This document shows, in pieces, positions 20,501-29,407 of a stretch of 64,000 nucleotides of DNA. The first letter of the stretch is position 1; the number at the start of each line of letters is the position of its first letter. The stretch is from an uncultured Planctomycetota bacterium (GTDB lineage Bacteria > Planctomycetota > Phycisphaerae > Tepidisphaerales > Tepidisphaeraceae), in the NCBI GenBank assembly GCA_963841915.1, contig CAWJEN010000006.1, positions 1,216,001 through 1,280,000 of the forward strand. The letters run 5' to 3'. The notes beneath the pieces are model-generated. The model searched no databases. It worked only from the letters and a program-made list of their open reading frames with translations, and was not told where the DNA came from. A program made the translations under genes and the position numbers.

Positions 20501-21235
20501 GGCTCGGGTGCCAACGTCATCAACGTCTCGGTTCCTACTCCAATAGACCTGGTCGTCGATGCCGGTCCGGGGACTGACGAGATTGTTATCGATGACACCG
20601 CCGATCGCGTTCGCGTCGATGCCGGTCCCGGCAACGACATCGTAACGCTCGGCACGAGCGGCGCGTTCACCGCTGCCGCCTTCATCAACGATCAGACGCT
20701 CAGCCAGCTCAACCTCTTCCAGCAGGCGATCAACCTGCAGCTGGGCGGTTTCCTCGACGTCACGTCGCTCAACTTCGACGGTGGCGTGATCGACGTGCTC
20801 GACTACGCCGGGGCGTTCCAGAACGTGTCGGGCAATTCGCCGCTCTTTGCCGGAACCGGCAATTCACCGGTGCGGATCGATCGACTGATCTCCGCCGGTT
20901 ACAACGGTGGCACGTGGACGCCCGGGCCCAATGGTGGCATCATCTCGTCGCTCGCCGACGCGACCAACTTTGCCGTCGGTCACGCACCTGGCAGCGTCGC
21001 CGCCCCGGGCGGTACGTTCCTCGGCAAGCCCGTCACCATCCTCGACACCCTTGTCCGCTTCACCCGCTACGGCGATGCCAACCTCGACGGCACGGTGAGC
21101 ATCCTCGACTTTGCCCGCCTCCGCGGCGGGTTCGGTAGCGGATCTGCCTGGTGGCAGGGTGACTTCAATTACGACGACAGCGTCAGCATTCTCGACTTTG
21201 CCGTGCTACGCGGCAATTTCGGGCTGAGCGTCTGA
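17540..21235 (+). CDS. Large secreted protein: LEPRxLL-type signal, zinc metallopeptidase, GxGxD beta-roll repeats, dockerin-like tail
   Basis: IESLETRRLL; THEIGHTLGF...DLMTP; many GxGxD repeats; GDANLDGTVSILDF...GDFNYDDSVSILDF; SD GAGGAG. Confidence 0.88.
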   Translation: MFDALRSVSAKAAAGKAVLRRAAMIESLETRRLLSTINWVNRNVFTGGNDNRFDDVFGSAATTAINVVDQAITAWEEVIGDFNYSNGSNTYNLTLSMDATGTGFGASAGPNGTIGGKPSQGSARFSRGNDTNGDGNGDGQGWFLDPTPDDNSEFRGNLINPYTRNTSGGPAAGQGDFLTVVTHEIGHTLGFVNSSQIRALSTDTGVSDAQNGNVGNYWRFVGPNVSTLMTSNNGGSGGSDFGGPVHAATGGASVFTGGQTYVGDFDLMTPIYSFSQRKLIDYGAAYILGDSYNYTINAPAQFGNFYAVMNEATNELLIEGAAGNSNDVVTITSSGSQTTVSVDIGNDVAGAGRFAGAGNLPAFVRTFSNTDFDTIRIDTFSGDDVINVFGTGGAAVDVDAGSGSDVINFANDDLDQVAGTSTISGGSGIDVVNFRDQGDGGADNYLLESSRLSKTSGGGVFTSVNFSSFETVTLLANEQANSIDVQDTGGSTEYRIFSNGGDDIVRLGSGDTDTNLTGRVEVNTGDGVDRIVFNDISDTGDDFYNFDSVGGSFYPYEYVKSFGGVVAFGNTTEIVELQANEGNNDINFDAPGAFAAGLTFQVFGNGGDDEVLVGDGTTGIANNDATINFTGGAGIDALVYNAQNVGAIATRFFDGTTLTGGTGGSFAALATTEAFDLNTGSGPDVIDINAVVASLILNVNSGLGNDTVTLGGGDFDTNISGTVRIDLGSGSSDSIIIDDLVDTFDDPYNLTSPTPSIFVPAGFVTFTKGFGGSAVLTSATIDTLRIRGNNGNNAFNLLGGGGLPASLDLVIDGNDGDDTLNIGDGSFGIALWDQSTTFNGGAGSNTVNFNGQNLPGTTYNVQSGSLTNTLSGDVLYSNVSLFNLNTGNGVDTLLVDSLGTTTTFNANLNGGGDEVVLGDATDNVENIDGPVNIFAGPGNDTLDYRDAANTFDDDYSFTNTGGNGLITRSFAGNVTFDASLETAQLFAGSGANVINVSVPTPIDLVVDAGPGTDEIVIDDTADRVRVDAGPGNDIVTLGTSGAFTAAAFINDQTLSQLNLFQQAINLQLGGFLDVTSLNFDGGVIDVLDYAGAFQNVSGNSPLFAGTGNSPVRIDRLISAGYNGGTWTPGPNGGIISSLADATNFAVGHAPGSVAAPGGTFLGKPVTILDTLVRFTRYGDANLDGTVSILDFARLRGGFGSGSAWWQGDFNYDDSVSILDFAVLRGNFGLSV

Positions 21236-21255
21236 CCAGACGTAGCGTTGCGACG

Positions 21256-21885
21256 ATGTCGCTGCGCCACGCTGCTGTTCAATATTGCCTGATCCTCGTC
21301 ACCGCGAGCAGCCTTGCATCCCTCGGCTGCTCGCGGTCTACGTTGCGCAAGAGCGAAAGGCCGACCAGCCGGCCCGTCGGTGACCTCGGCACTGGCTTCT
21401 TCGAGCCGCGCGTCGAGGCCTTTGTCATTCCACCGACCGGCTGGGAGCTTGACACACCAAAGATCGATGACGATCGTGCGCATCTGACGTGGCTCAGCCC
21501 GTCACGCGACACGGCGTACGGCATCGTCTACTTCCCGATCCCCGCGGGCGTGGCTTGGTTGCCCAAGGGCGAATTCTTCCACGGTCAGGCGGCCGATCGG
21601 TACATTGAAGAGTTCAAGAAGGACACGGGCGACGCGATCGAGCTGTCCCGCGAGTGGGACAACGACCTGGACGGCATGCGCATCGTCGCCGAAGGCGGGC
21701 CGTACAAGGCGAGGTCGATTCTGCGGGTGCGTGGCAAAAGCGGCTGGAGCGTGTACAGCGGCACGCTCCGCGATCAGGAGGTTAATGAGAAAGAACTCGC
21801 CCTGTCGGAGAAGGCGCGTGAGGCGACGCAGATCGGTCGCGATGCCGAGGGTGGTGCCGACGCAGCCGAGGCGATGCTGGAATAG
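21256..21885 (+). CDS. Hypothetical lipoprotein
   Basis: Lipobox-like ASLGC after a hydrophobic stretch. Confidence 0.7.
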   Translation: MSLRHAAVQYCLILVTASSLASLGCSRSTLRKSERPTSRPVGDLGTGFFEPRVEAFVIPPTGWELDTPKIDDDRAHLTWLSPSRDTAYGIVYFPIPAGVAWLPKGEFFHGQAADRYIEEFKKDTGDAIELSREWDNDLDGMRIVAEGGPYKARSILRVRGKSGWSVYSGTLRDQEVNEKELALSEKAREATQIGRDAEGGADAAEAMLE

Positions 21886-21997
21886 CGGATCGTCACAAAG
21901 TGGTCGCTCGAGCGAACCCATTGGCCATTCACGGGTCATACTGGTTGGTAGCCGAACCCGGTTGCCGACTCTCCAGATGTAGCCAAGGAGCTTCACT

Positions 21998-22678
21998 ATG
22001 ACGAACTTCACGACCATTGCCGCCCTTGCCCTTGCTGCCACGTGCGGCCTGGCCGGCCCGGCATCGGCAGATCGCGACAGCCGCTTCATCGACCGCGACG
22101 CCACCTCCGCCCGCGACCGCTTCGTGCAACGACAGAGCTCCGGCTTCGACCGGTACGACTCGGCTCAACTACGCGATGTCGAGGTCCGCGAGCAACGCCG
22201 GGCCGAAGATCGTCGCGAGCTGCTGCGTCGCGACGACTTCCTGCGGAGTGACCGGCACGCCGCCTCCACCGCTCGCGAACGGTATCTGGCTCAGCGCGAC
22301 AACCGCTTTGTTCCACAGCCGTCGGTCCACATTGTGCCCGTCCGGCAGTATCGCCCGGAGGTGATTCACCAGCCGACCGTGACGTACCGCCCGGCCGTCG
22401 TTTATCCCCTGACGAGGACGTATCAGCACGTCGAGCGTCGGCCTTCGCTCCGACTGGACTACAGCAGCGGTCACCGCTACAACCGCAGCTACCAGCAGTC
22501 GTACCACTACGGCAGCGGGCATCACTACACGCGGCCGACGTACTACCACCGCTCACGGTTCAACGGCCCGAGCTACTACCGCTACGAGCGCGGCCACTAC
22601 CGGCCTTACTCGAAGCCGGTGATCCGCAGCAGCTACCGCGACAGCCGCCCCAACATCGGCTTCTCGATCCGGTTCTGA
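21998..22678 (+). CDS. Secreted Arg/Tyr-rich low-complexity protein
   Basis: SD AGGAG, signal peptide ending PASA, terminal NIGFSIRF. Confidence 0.75.
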   Translation: MTNFTTIAALALAATCGLAGPASADRDSRFIDRDATSARDRFVQRQSSGFDRYDSAQLRDVEVREQRRAEDRRELLRRDDFLRSDRHAASTARERYLAQRDNRFVPQPSVHIVPVRQYRPEVIHQPTVTYRPAVVYPLTRTYQHVERRPSLRLDYSSGHRYNRSYQQSYHYGSGHHYTRPTYYHRSRFNGPSYYRYERGHYRPYSKPVIRSSYRDSRPNIGFSIRF

Positions 22679-22709
22679 CCTGCGACAAATCTAAGCCTTT
22701 GCGGCCAGT

Positions 22710-23168
22710 TCAAGCCCTTGCGGCCAGCACTTCGCGAATGCGGGTGTTGGCCGCTTTTGCATCGACGCCGCCACCGCATTGCTTCATGAAGCCGCCGGTC
22801 GCCTTGCCGATGTCGCGTGGGCTGAACTCCGGGTGCTCGTCGAGAAACTTGTCCACCTTGGCAATGGTTTCCCCCGCGTCGGCCTGGGCCGGCAGGTAAG
22901 CGGCGACCACCTTCATCTCGTCGTCGAGCTTCGCCAACTGGTCATTGTCGCCGATCTTGACGTACTCGTCACGGCTCTTGGCAAGCCGCTTGTGATACGC
23001 CTGCACCATCTTGAGTGGCGTCGAGGGCGGGTTCTGCATGTCGGCCGAACGGGCCTCGGCCAGCAGCATGCGGATGACGCTCAGCTTCTCCTTTTCGCCG
23101 GCCTTCAGGGCCGTCTTCATGTCACTGGTGAGTTGGGCGGTCAAGTCGGTTTGGGTGTCGTCGGGCAT
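22710..23168 (-). CDS. GatB/YqeY domain protein
   Basis: DMKTALKAGEKEKLSVIRML, E..VV..YLPAQ, DIGKATG. Confidence 0.88.
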   Translation of the reverse strand: MPDDTQTDLTAQLTSDMKTALKAGEKEKLSVIRMLLAEARSADMQNPPSTPLKMVQAYHKRLAKSRDEYVKIGDNDQLAKLDDEMKVVAAYLPAQADAGETIAKVDKFLDEHPEFSPRDIGKATGGFMKQCGGGVDAKAANTRIREVLAARA

Positions 23169-23310
23169 GGTTGATCGGGCAATGGTCGGATTTGCCGCCT
23201 ATGGTAGTGCCACGACGCCGACCGCAAGGAGTGGCCGCCGTTGACCCCAAAGTCGACCCGACGCGCTGTAGCAAGCCCGGCGACTCGGCTGTTACCCCCG
23301 ACAACGAAAC

Positions 23311-24468
23311 ATGAGTGATACGGGCGACCAGACCCTGAGCGGGGTGCTGCACATCCCCGGTGACCGCGCCGACGGCACCCTTCGTGATCCAGAGGCGATG
23401 CTGCGCCCCCTGTTCGGCCCCAACGGCCGAGCGCCGGCGGTGCCGCGGAAGTACATCGACCAATGGAACCTGCGACCAGGCAACCTCGTCACGATCTCTC
23501 TTCGTCCTAACGGTAAGGTCAAGGACATCGTCCAGGTCGAGGACATGAAGCCCGAGCTGTGGGCCCAGGTGCCGGCCATCTACGACACAGTCGCCCTCGA
23601 TCCGGGCCCGCAGATCTACACCGAGCACGACCCGAAGGAGCCGTCGACACGCATCGTCGATCTCATTGCCCCGATCGGCTTCGGCCAACGTGGCCTGATC
23701 GTCGCCCCGCCGCGGGTCGGCAAGACGGTGCTCCTGCAGAACCTGGCCAAAGGCATCCACGCCAATCATCCCGAGGCAGAGTTGTACCTGCTGCTCGTCG
23801 ACGAGCGCCCGGAGGAAGTCACCGACATGCGGCGGAACGTGCCTGGCACGGTCATCGCCAGCAGCAACGACAACGACACACGCCAGCACATCGACCTGTG
23901 CACGCTGGCCGGTGAGCGATTCAAACGCCTCGCAGAAACCGGGCGCGACGTCATCGTGCTGATGGACTCGCTGACCCGCCTCGGCCGTGCCTTCAACCGC
24001 GGCTCCAACAGCGGCAAACTCATGAGCGGCGGCATCGACTCGCGGGCGCTGGAAGTGCCCAAGCGCATCTTCGGTGCCGCCCGCAAAATCGAGGGCGGCG
24101 GCAGCCTGACCATCGTCGCGACCTGCCTCGTCCAAACCAACAGCCGCATGGACGATGTCATCTTCGAGGAATTCAAGGGCACCGGGAACATGGAGCTGAC
24201 GCTCGACCGCAAGGCTGCCAACGATCGCATCTACCCGGCGTTCTGGCTCGCCAACTGCGGCACGCGCAAAGAAGAAAACCTGCTCGGCGACGAGGCCATG
24301 CCGGCCATCAACAACATCCGCAAACACCTTGCCGCTATGCCACCGGTGCCCGCCTTGCGGACGCTTATCGAGGCCGTCAGCCGCCACCCGAGCAATGCGA
24401 GCTTCATCAAAGCGATGACGCCCGAGAAGCCTCAGGAACGCGTCAAACGCCGCGCCGTCGGCCGGTAG
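23311..24468 (+). CDS. rho: Transcription termination factor Rho (short N-terminus)
   Basis: DLIAPIGFGQRGLIVAPPRVGKT, LVDERPEEVTDM, DSLTRLGRAFN, FGAARKIE, FEEFKGTGNMEL. Confidence 0.95.
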   Translation: MSDTGDQTLSGVLHIPGDRADGTLRDPEAMLRPLFGPNGRAPAVPRKYIDQWNLRPGNLVTISLRPNGKVKDIVQVEDMKPELWAQVPAIYDTVALDPGPQIYTEHDPKEPSTRIVDLIAPIGFGQRGLIVAPPRVGKTVLLQNLAKGIHANHPEAELYLLLVDERPEEVTDMRRNVPGTVIASSNDNDTRQHIDLCTLAGERFKRLAETGRDVIVLMDSLTRLGRAFNRGSNSGKLMSGGIDSRALEVPKRIFGAARKIEGGGSLTIVATCLVQTNSRMDDVIFEEFKGTGNMELTLDRKAANDRIYPAFWLANCGTRKEENLLGDEAMPAINNIRKHLAAMPPVPALRTLIEAVSRHPSNASFIKAMTPEKPQERVKRRAVGR

Positions 24469-24469
24469 T

Positions 24470-27064
24470 TCAAAGTACCCCGAGCCGCTCACGCAAACGA
24501 CGAATCAGTTCATGCGCCTCCCGCGGCGACAATGCCTCGGGGTCGCACGCCGTCAGTTCATCGACCGCCCCTTGCACCTCCGGCGACACGCCCCCGAACA
24601 GGAACATCTGAGCCGCGTCACCCATGGGCACGCTGCGCACCTCGTCCTCGCCGTGCGAAACTTTAAGCCGCTGCAACAGCTCGCCCGCCCGGTCCGTCAC
24701 CGCCGTCGGCACACCCGCGAGCTTGGCAACCTGGATGCCGTAGCTCTGGCTCGCCGCCCCGTCGACGACGCGGTGGGTGAAGACGATGCCGCCCTCCCAC
24801 TCGCGGACGCTTGCACTGAGGTTGCCTACGCCCGGCAGCTCGTCGGCGAGTTTCGTCAGCTCGTGGTAGTGGGTGGCGAACAATGAGCGACTCCCGACGA
24901 CCTTCGCCAAATGCTCGGCTATCGCCCACGCCAGCGAAAGGCCATCGAGCGTGCTCGTCCCGCGGCCGACTTCGTCGAGGATGACGAGGCTGCGGTCGGT
25001 GGCGTTGTTGAGCAGGTTGGCCGATTCGGTCATCTCGACCATAAACGTCGAGTGACCCGCGTGAATCTCGTCGCTGGCCCCGACGCGGACGAAGAGCCGG
25101 TCGCAGACACCAATCGTCGCCGACGCGGCCGGAACATCGCTGCCGCACTGGGCCAGGAGCACGATCAGTGCGATCTGCCGAATAAACGTGCTCTTGCCCG
25201 CCATGTTCGGACCTGTGATGAGCCGCAGCGTGTCGGTCTCGCTCAGTCGCATCGGGTTGGCGACGAACTCGCTGCCGAGCTTTTGCTCGAGCGTCGGATG
25301 ACGGCCGTCTTCGATCTGCAGCACACGGCTGTGCTTTATCGTCGGTCGGCAATAACGCCTTTCTGCCGACAATGCAGCAAATCCGGCCAGCACGTCCGCC
25401 CGCGCCAGCCCTGCAGCCAACGCCTGCAACGGCTCGATCTTCGGGAGCAACTCATTCCGCACGCGCTCGAAGAGGGCCTGCTCAAGCTCCTGGGCCTTGC
25501 CCTCGGCACCCAGTGCTTTCTCCTCGTGTGCGTTGAGCACCTCCGTCGTGAACCGCTCTGCGTTCTTCGTGCTCTGTCGCCTGGCCCACTCGGGCGGAGC
25601 TTTGTCGGCGTGGAGTTTCGTCACCTCGACGTAGTACCCAAAGACGCGATTAAACCCGATCTTCAGCGACGGAATCTTCGTCTCCTCCGACAGTTGAAGC
25701 TGATACGCCGCCAGCCACTGCCGCCCGTCGCGGCCGATGCTGCGCAGCTCGTCGAGCGCCTGATCAAAACCCTTTGCAATGACGTTGCCGTCACGAAGAT
25801 TCACGGGCGGCTCGGCAGCGATCGACGCCTTCAACATCGCACCGATTCCTGCCGCAAATTCGGCGAATGTCGGCAGTTCCCCTGCCGCCGTGGGTACATC
25901 GCGCAAAGCCTCCAGCGTCGCCGGGAATCCCAACAGGCATGAGCGCAACGCCGCCAGATCCCGTGGTCCTGCACGATTCACCGCAAGCCGCCCGACGATC
26001 CGCTCGACGTCGCACGCTTCGCCCAGTCGCTCGCGGATCTGCGACAACCGCGACGCAGACGCCCTGAGCTCTGCGACCGCGTCTTGCCGCTCAGCAATGG
26101 ACTCAACCTTCGTCAGCGGCGACCGCAGCCACTCGCGCAGCATCCGTCCGCCCATCGGCGTCTTCGTACGATCAACCGCCGCCACCAGGGATCCGTCCGT
26201 CGATCCGCCGCGCATGGTGCGGGCGATCTCCAGGTTCCGCCACGACGCCGGGTCGACACGCAGGTAGTCGCCCGTCTCGTGCCGCGTGGGCGGCCTGACG
26301 TGATCCGCCTTTGCGCGCTGCGTTTCTTCCAGATAGCTCAGCACCGCCCCTGTCGCCGCGACGGCCGGGTCGTCGTCTTTGAAGCCGTAGCCCGAGGCGG
26401 TCGAGACGCCCCAGTGCCGCTGCAGTTCCTCGAGTCCGTGGCGATCGGTGAATTGCCAGCCGGGCCGACTGACGGTGCCCGTCACGCCGCGCCCGCGCAT
26501 GAGTCGCGCGACCGGATGCTCTTCACCACCTGCTGTCTCGGGCACGAGCAGCTCGGCCGGGCCGAGGCGCGCCATCTCGTCGAGCATCTCTGTCTCTGGT
26601 CCACTCGCCGCCGACAACTTGCCCGTCGAAAGATCGACCCATGCCACACCGCACCCGGCCTTACCAAATGCAACCGCCGCCAGATACGCCGCCGCTTTGC
26701 TCTCGAGCATCGGCTCGTCGGTCAGCGTGCCCGGCGTCACCAACCGCGTCACGTCGCGCTTCACCACGCCCTTGGCGTGCTTGGCATCCTCGACCTGCTC
26801 GCAAATCGCCACCCGATGCCCCGCCACGATCATCCGCTTGAGGTAGTTGTCGAGCTGGTGGTACGGCACGCCCGCCATCGGCACCTTGTCCCCGCGAGCA
26901 GTCAACGTGATGCCCAGCGTGCGGCTGCATAGCTTCGCGTCGTCGTGGAAGACCTCGTAAAAGTCGCCCATGCGGAAGAACAGGACGTAGCCGGGGTGCT
27001 TGTCCTTGAAATCCTGATACTGCCGCATCGCGGGGCTGAGCTTCTTCTCCTTCACGGCAGACAT
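24470..27064 (-). CDS. mutS: DNA mismatch repair protein MutS
   Basis: FFRMGDFYEVF, VPMAGVP, TGPNMAGKST, STFMVEM, DEVGRGTST, ATHYHEL, SYGIQVAKLAG. Confidence 0.98.
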   Translation of the reverse strand: MSAVKEKKLSPAMRQYQDFKDKHPGYVLFFRMGDFYEVFHDDAKLCSRTLGITLTARGDKVPMAGVPYHQLDNYLKRMIVAGHRVAICEQVEDAKHAKGVVKRDVTRLVTPGTLTDEPMLESKAAAYLAAVAFGKAGCGVAWVDLSTGKLSAASGPETEMLDEMARLGPAELLVPETAGGEEHPVARLMRGRGVTGTVSRPGWQFTDRHGLEELQRHWGVSTASGYGFKDDDPAVAATGAVLSYLEETQRAKADHVRPPTRHETGDYLRVDPASWRNLEIARTMRGGSTDGSLVAAVDRTKTPMGGRMLREWLRSPLTKVESIAERQDAVAELRASASRLSQIRERLGEACDVERIVGRLAVNRAGPRDLAALRSCLLGFPATLEALRDVPTAAGELPTFAEFAAGIGAMLKASIAAEPPVNLRDGNVIAKGFDQALDELRSIGRDGRQWLAAYQLQLSEETKIPSLKIGFNRVFGYYVEVTKLHADKAPPEWARRQSTKNAERFTTEVLNAHEEKALGAEGKAQELEQALFERVRNELLPKIEPLQALAAGLARADVLAGFAALSAERRYCRPTIKHSRVLQIEDGRHPTLEQKLGSEFVANPMRLSETDTLRLITGPNMAGKSTFIRQIALIVLLAQCGSDVPAASATIGVCDRLFVRVGASDEIHAGHSTFMVEMTESANLLNNATDRSLVILDEVGRGTSTLDGLSLAWAIAEHLAKVVGSRSLFATHYHELTKLADELPGVGNLSASVREWEGGIVFTHRVVDGAASQSYGIQVAKLAGVPTAVTDRAGELLQRLKVSHGEDEVRSVPMGDAAQMFLFGGVSPEVQGAVDELTACDPEALSPREAHELIRRLRERLGVL

Positions 27065-27202
27065 CGCTCAAAGCGTACGGTGCTTGTCCGGCAGGACGAG
27101 GCGAAGCCCGACGGCGCGCCAGCCCACTCGACGACGATCCGGCGGCGGTGAAAAATCGGCGTCAGGCCGCGCCTCCGCGTCAGCCTCCGGTACGAGACGA
27201 AA

Positions 27203-27475
27203 TTGCCCCACAACCTCCCTTTGCCCGCGCTCGTCGAGCCGCTCGGATCCCGCCGCCTGCTCACGAACCTGAGCAGCTACGAACTCCTCTCTCAAGCACC
27301 CGGCCGCACCAACGGCGTCCCGAGGAAGGAGGCCACCACCGTCGACTTCTTCTACCTCGCCGGCGACCGCAACCGCGACCGTCGGGTCACCATCCTCGAC
27401 TTCGCCATCTTGCGCGCCGACTTCGGAGCGTCCGTCGCCGCGCCCGCTGCGTCGTTGTTCGCCGACGACGAGTAG
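27203..27475 (+). pseudogene. Collapsed remnant or mini-gene of a LEPRxLL/dockerin-like secreted protein
   Basis: LVEPLGSRRLL joined almost directly to DFFYLAGDRNRDRRVTILDFAILRADFG...PAASLFADDE, homologous to the 32657 C-terminus. Confidence 0.65.
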
Positions 27476-27494
27476 GCCGTGGTAGGCTCAATCC

Positions 27495-29192
27495 ATGGCC
27501 GCCGGCTGGTACCTACTGACCGACGTTCTCATCCTGCTCGCTGCTGCACTGTTGTTCGGCACGATTGCCGAGCAGCTCAAACAGAGCGCGATCGTCGGCT
27601 ACCTCATCGCTGGCACCATCGTCGGGCCCGGCGTCCTTGGGCTCGTCGGCGGACAGGGTGACGAAGCCGCCGGCGAGGGTGTCAACGTCATTGCCGAGCT
27701 TGGCGTGTCGCTTTTGCTCTTCACCATCGGTCTCGAGTTCAGCTTCAACCGCCTGCGTCGCCTCGGTGTTGCGGCTCTTGGCGGCGGGTCGTTGCAGCTG
27801 GCGATCACGACGCTCGTCGTCTGGCCCATCGTCATGCTGGCGGGCCTCGATGCCGTCGCCGCGGCGGCGGTGGCGCTGATGGTCGGGCTCTCCAGCACGG
27901 CCTGCGTGTTGCGGCTGCTACAGGACTCCGCTGCGAGTGAGTCGCCGCACGGCCGCACCGCCACAGGCGTCCTCCTGCTTCAGGACGTCGGGGTCCTGCC
28001 GATCACGCTGCTCGTCACCGCCCTGGCCGGCGGCGGCAGCGCGACAGGCGTCCTGCTCAATCTCGGCCGGGCATTGCTCTTTGCCGCCGGGCTCGTGATC
28101 GTCTTCCTCGTCCTGTTCAACGTCTTGGCCCCGCGGCTGCTCAACCTCAAGCGGTGGGCCCGCAACCGCGAGTTCCCGATCCTGCTGGCCATCATCATGG
28201 CACTTGGCAGCGCGGGTGCCGCTCACGAGGTCGGCATCAGCCCGGCCATCGGCGCGTTCCTCGCCGGCGTTCTGCTCGCCGAAAGTCCATTCGACGTGCA
28301 GGTTCGCAGCGATGTCGCCTCGCTCCGCACCGCCCTTGTCACGCTCTTCTTCGCCTCGATCGGCATGCTCGCCGACCCGGCTTGGGCACTGGCGAATTGG
28401 TACCTCGTGCTCGGCGTGACGGTAGCCGTCGTCGTCGGCAAGGCGGCCATCATCGTCGGCGTCCTGTCGCTGCCGATCCGCGGCCTGTGGCAGCCGGCGG
28501 GCGTCGCACTGGCGGCCGGGCTCTGCCTCGCCCAGGTCGGCGAGTTCAGCTTCGTCCTCGCCAAAATCGCCAGCGGCGAGGGGTTGATCGACACCGACAC
28601 GTTCCGCCTCATCGTCAGCGTCACGATCGCCAGCCTGCTCGTCACGCCCTACCTCGTTCAGTTCGCGCCACGCGCTGCGCGATGGGCGAACAGAGTCGCG
28701 CCCGCGACCGGCGTGTTCGAACGCAACACCGACGAGGTCGAGCCGGACGACAGAGACCGCATCGTGCTCGTCGGCTTCGGCCCGGCCGGTCAACAGGTCG
28801 CCGCCGACCTCTCGACCACGTTCCGCAACCGCGGCGACGTGGTCGACCTCAACCCGCGCATCGCCGAGCTCGCTCCCGAGTACGGCTTTGTCGGCCACGT
28901 CGGCGATGCCACGCAGGACGGCGTCCTCGAGCACGCCAATCTCGGCCGCGCCGCCGCCCTGATCGTGACGGTCCCCGACCCTTCCGCCGCCCGCCAAGTC
29001 ATCGCCCTTGCGCGGGCATCGAACCCGTCGATCCAGATCATCGCCCGCAGCCGTTATCACGTGACGCGTTGGGAACTCATGCTCGCCGGCGCCGAGACGG
29101 TGGTCGACGAAGAAGAGCACGTCGGCCGTCGTCTGGCGTTCGAGGCCCGGCAGGTGCTGGGGGCGCCGGCGGAAGATGAAGCCGCCGCCTGA
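27495..29192 (+). CDS. CPA2 cation:proton antiporter with TrkA-N domain (Kef-like)
   Basis: VGYLIAG.IVGP, LLLFTIGLEFS, LLLQD, GAFLAG, AQVGEFSFVL, VGFGPAGQ, VGDAT. Confidence 0.93.
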   Translation: MAAGWYLLTDVLILLAAALLFGTIAEQLKQSAIVGYLIAGTIVGPGVLGLVGGQGDEAAGEGVNVIAELGVSLLLFTIGLEFSFNRLRRLGVAALGGGSLQLAITTLVVWPIVMLAGLDAVAAAAVALMVGLSSTACVLRLLQDSAASESPHGRTATGVLLLQDVGVLPITLLVTALAGGGSATGVLLNLGRALLFAAGLVIVFLVLFNVLAPRLLNLKRWARNREFPILLAIIMALGSAGAAHEVGISPAIGAFLAGVLLAESPFDVQVRSDVASLRTALVTLFFASIGMLADPAWALANWYLVLGVTVAVVVGKAAIIVGVLSLPIRGLWQPAGVALAAGLCLAQVGEFSFVLAKIASGEGLIDTDTFRLIVSVTIASLLVTPYLVQFAPRAARWANRVAPATGVFERNTDEVEPDDRDRIVLVGFGPAGQQVAADLSTTFRNRGDVVDLNPRIAELAPEYGFVGHVGDATQDGVLEHANLGRAAALIVTVPDPSAARQVIALARASNPSIQIIARSRYHVTRWELMLAGAETVVDEEEHVGRRLAFEARQVLGAPAEDEAAA

Positions 29193-29407
29193 CCGACCTG
29201 CGCCGATCGTGCGGGCTCGAACGTGGCCAAGTCACTCCGGCTTCGTCTTCACCACGAGACGACCCTTGCGGCCGCCGCATCATTTTGCCACGATGATGCG
29301 CCGCCGGGGCACGACGGGCGGGCCGAGGGGAGGGACTTTATCACGTGGACACTGTCGTCCGCGACTTCCACGGCCGCCCCAATCTTCCCCGGCCTTGGAG
29401 AGAAGCC

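Noticed and set aside
29337..29352. TTTATCACGTGGACAC as a sixth parS
   Set aside because: Only the CACGTG core matches; the arms are not palindromic.
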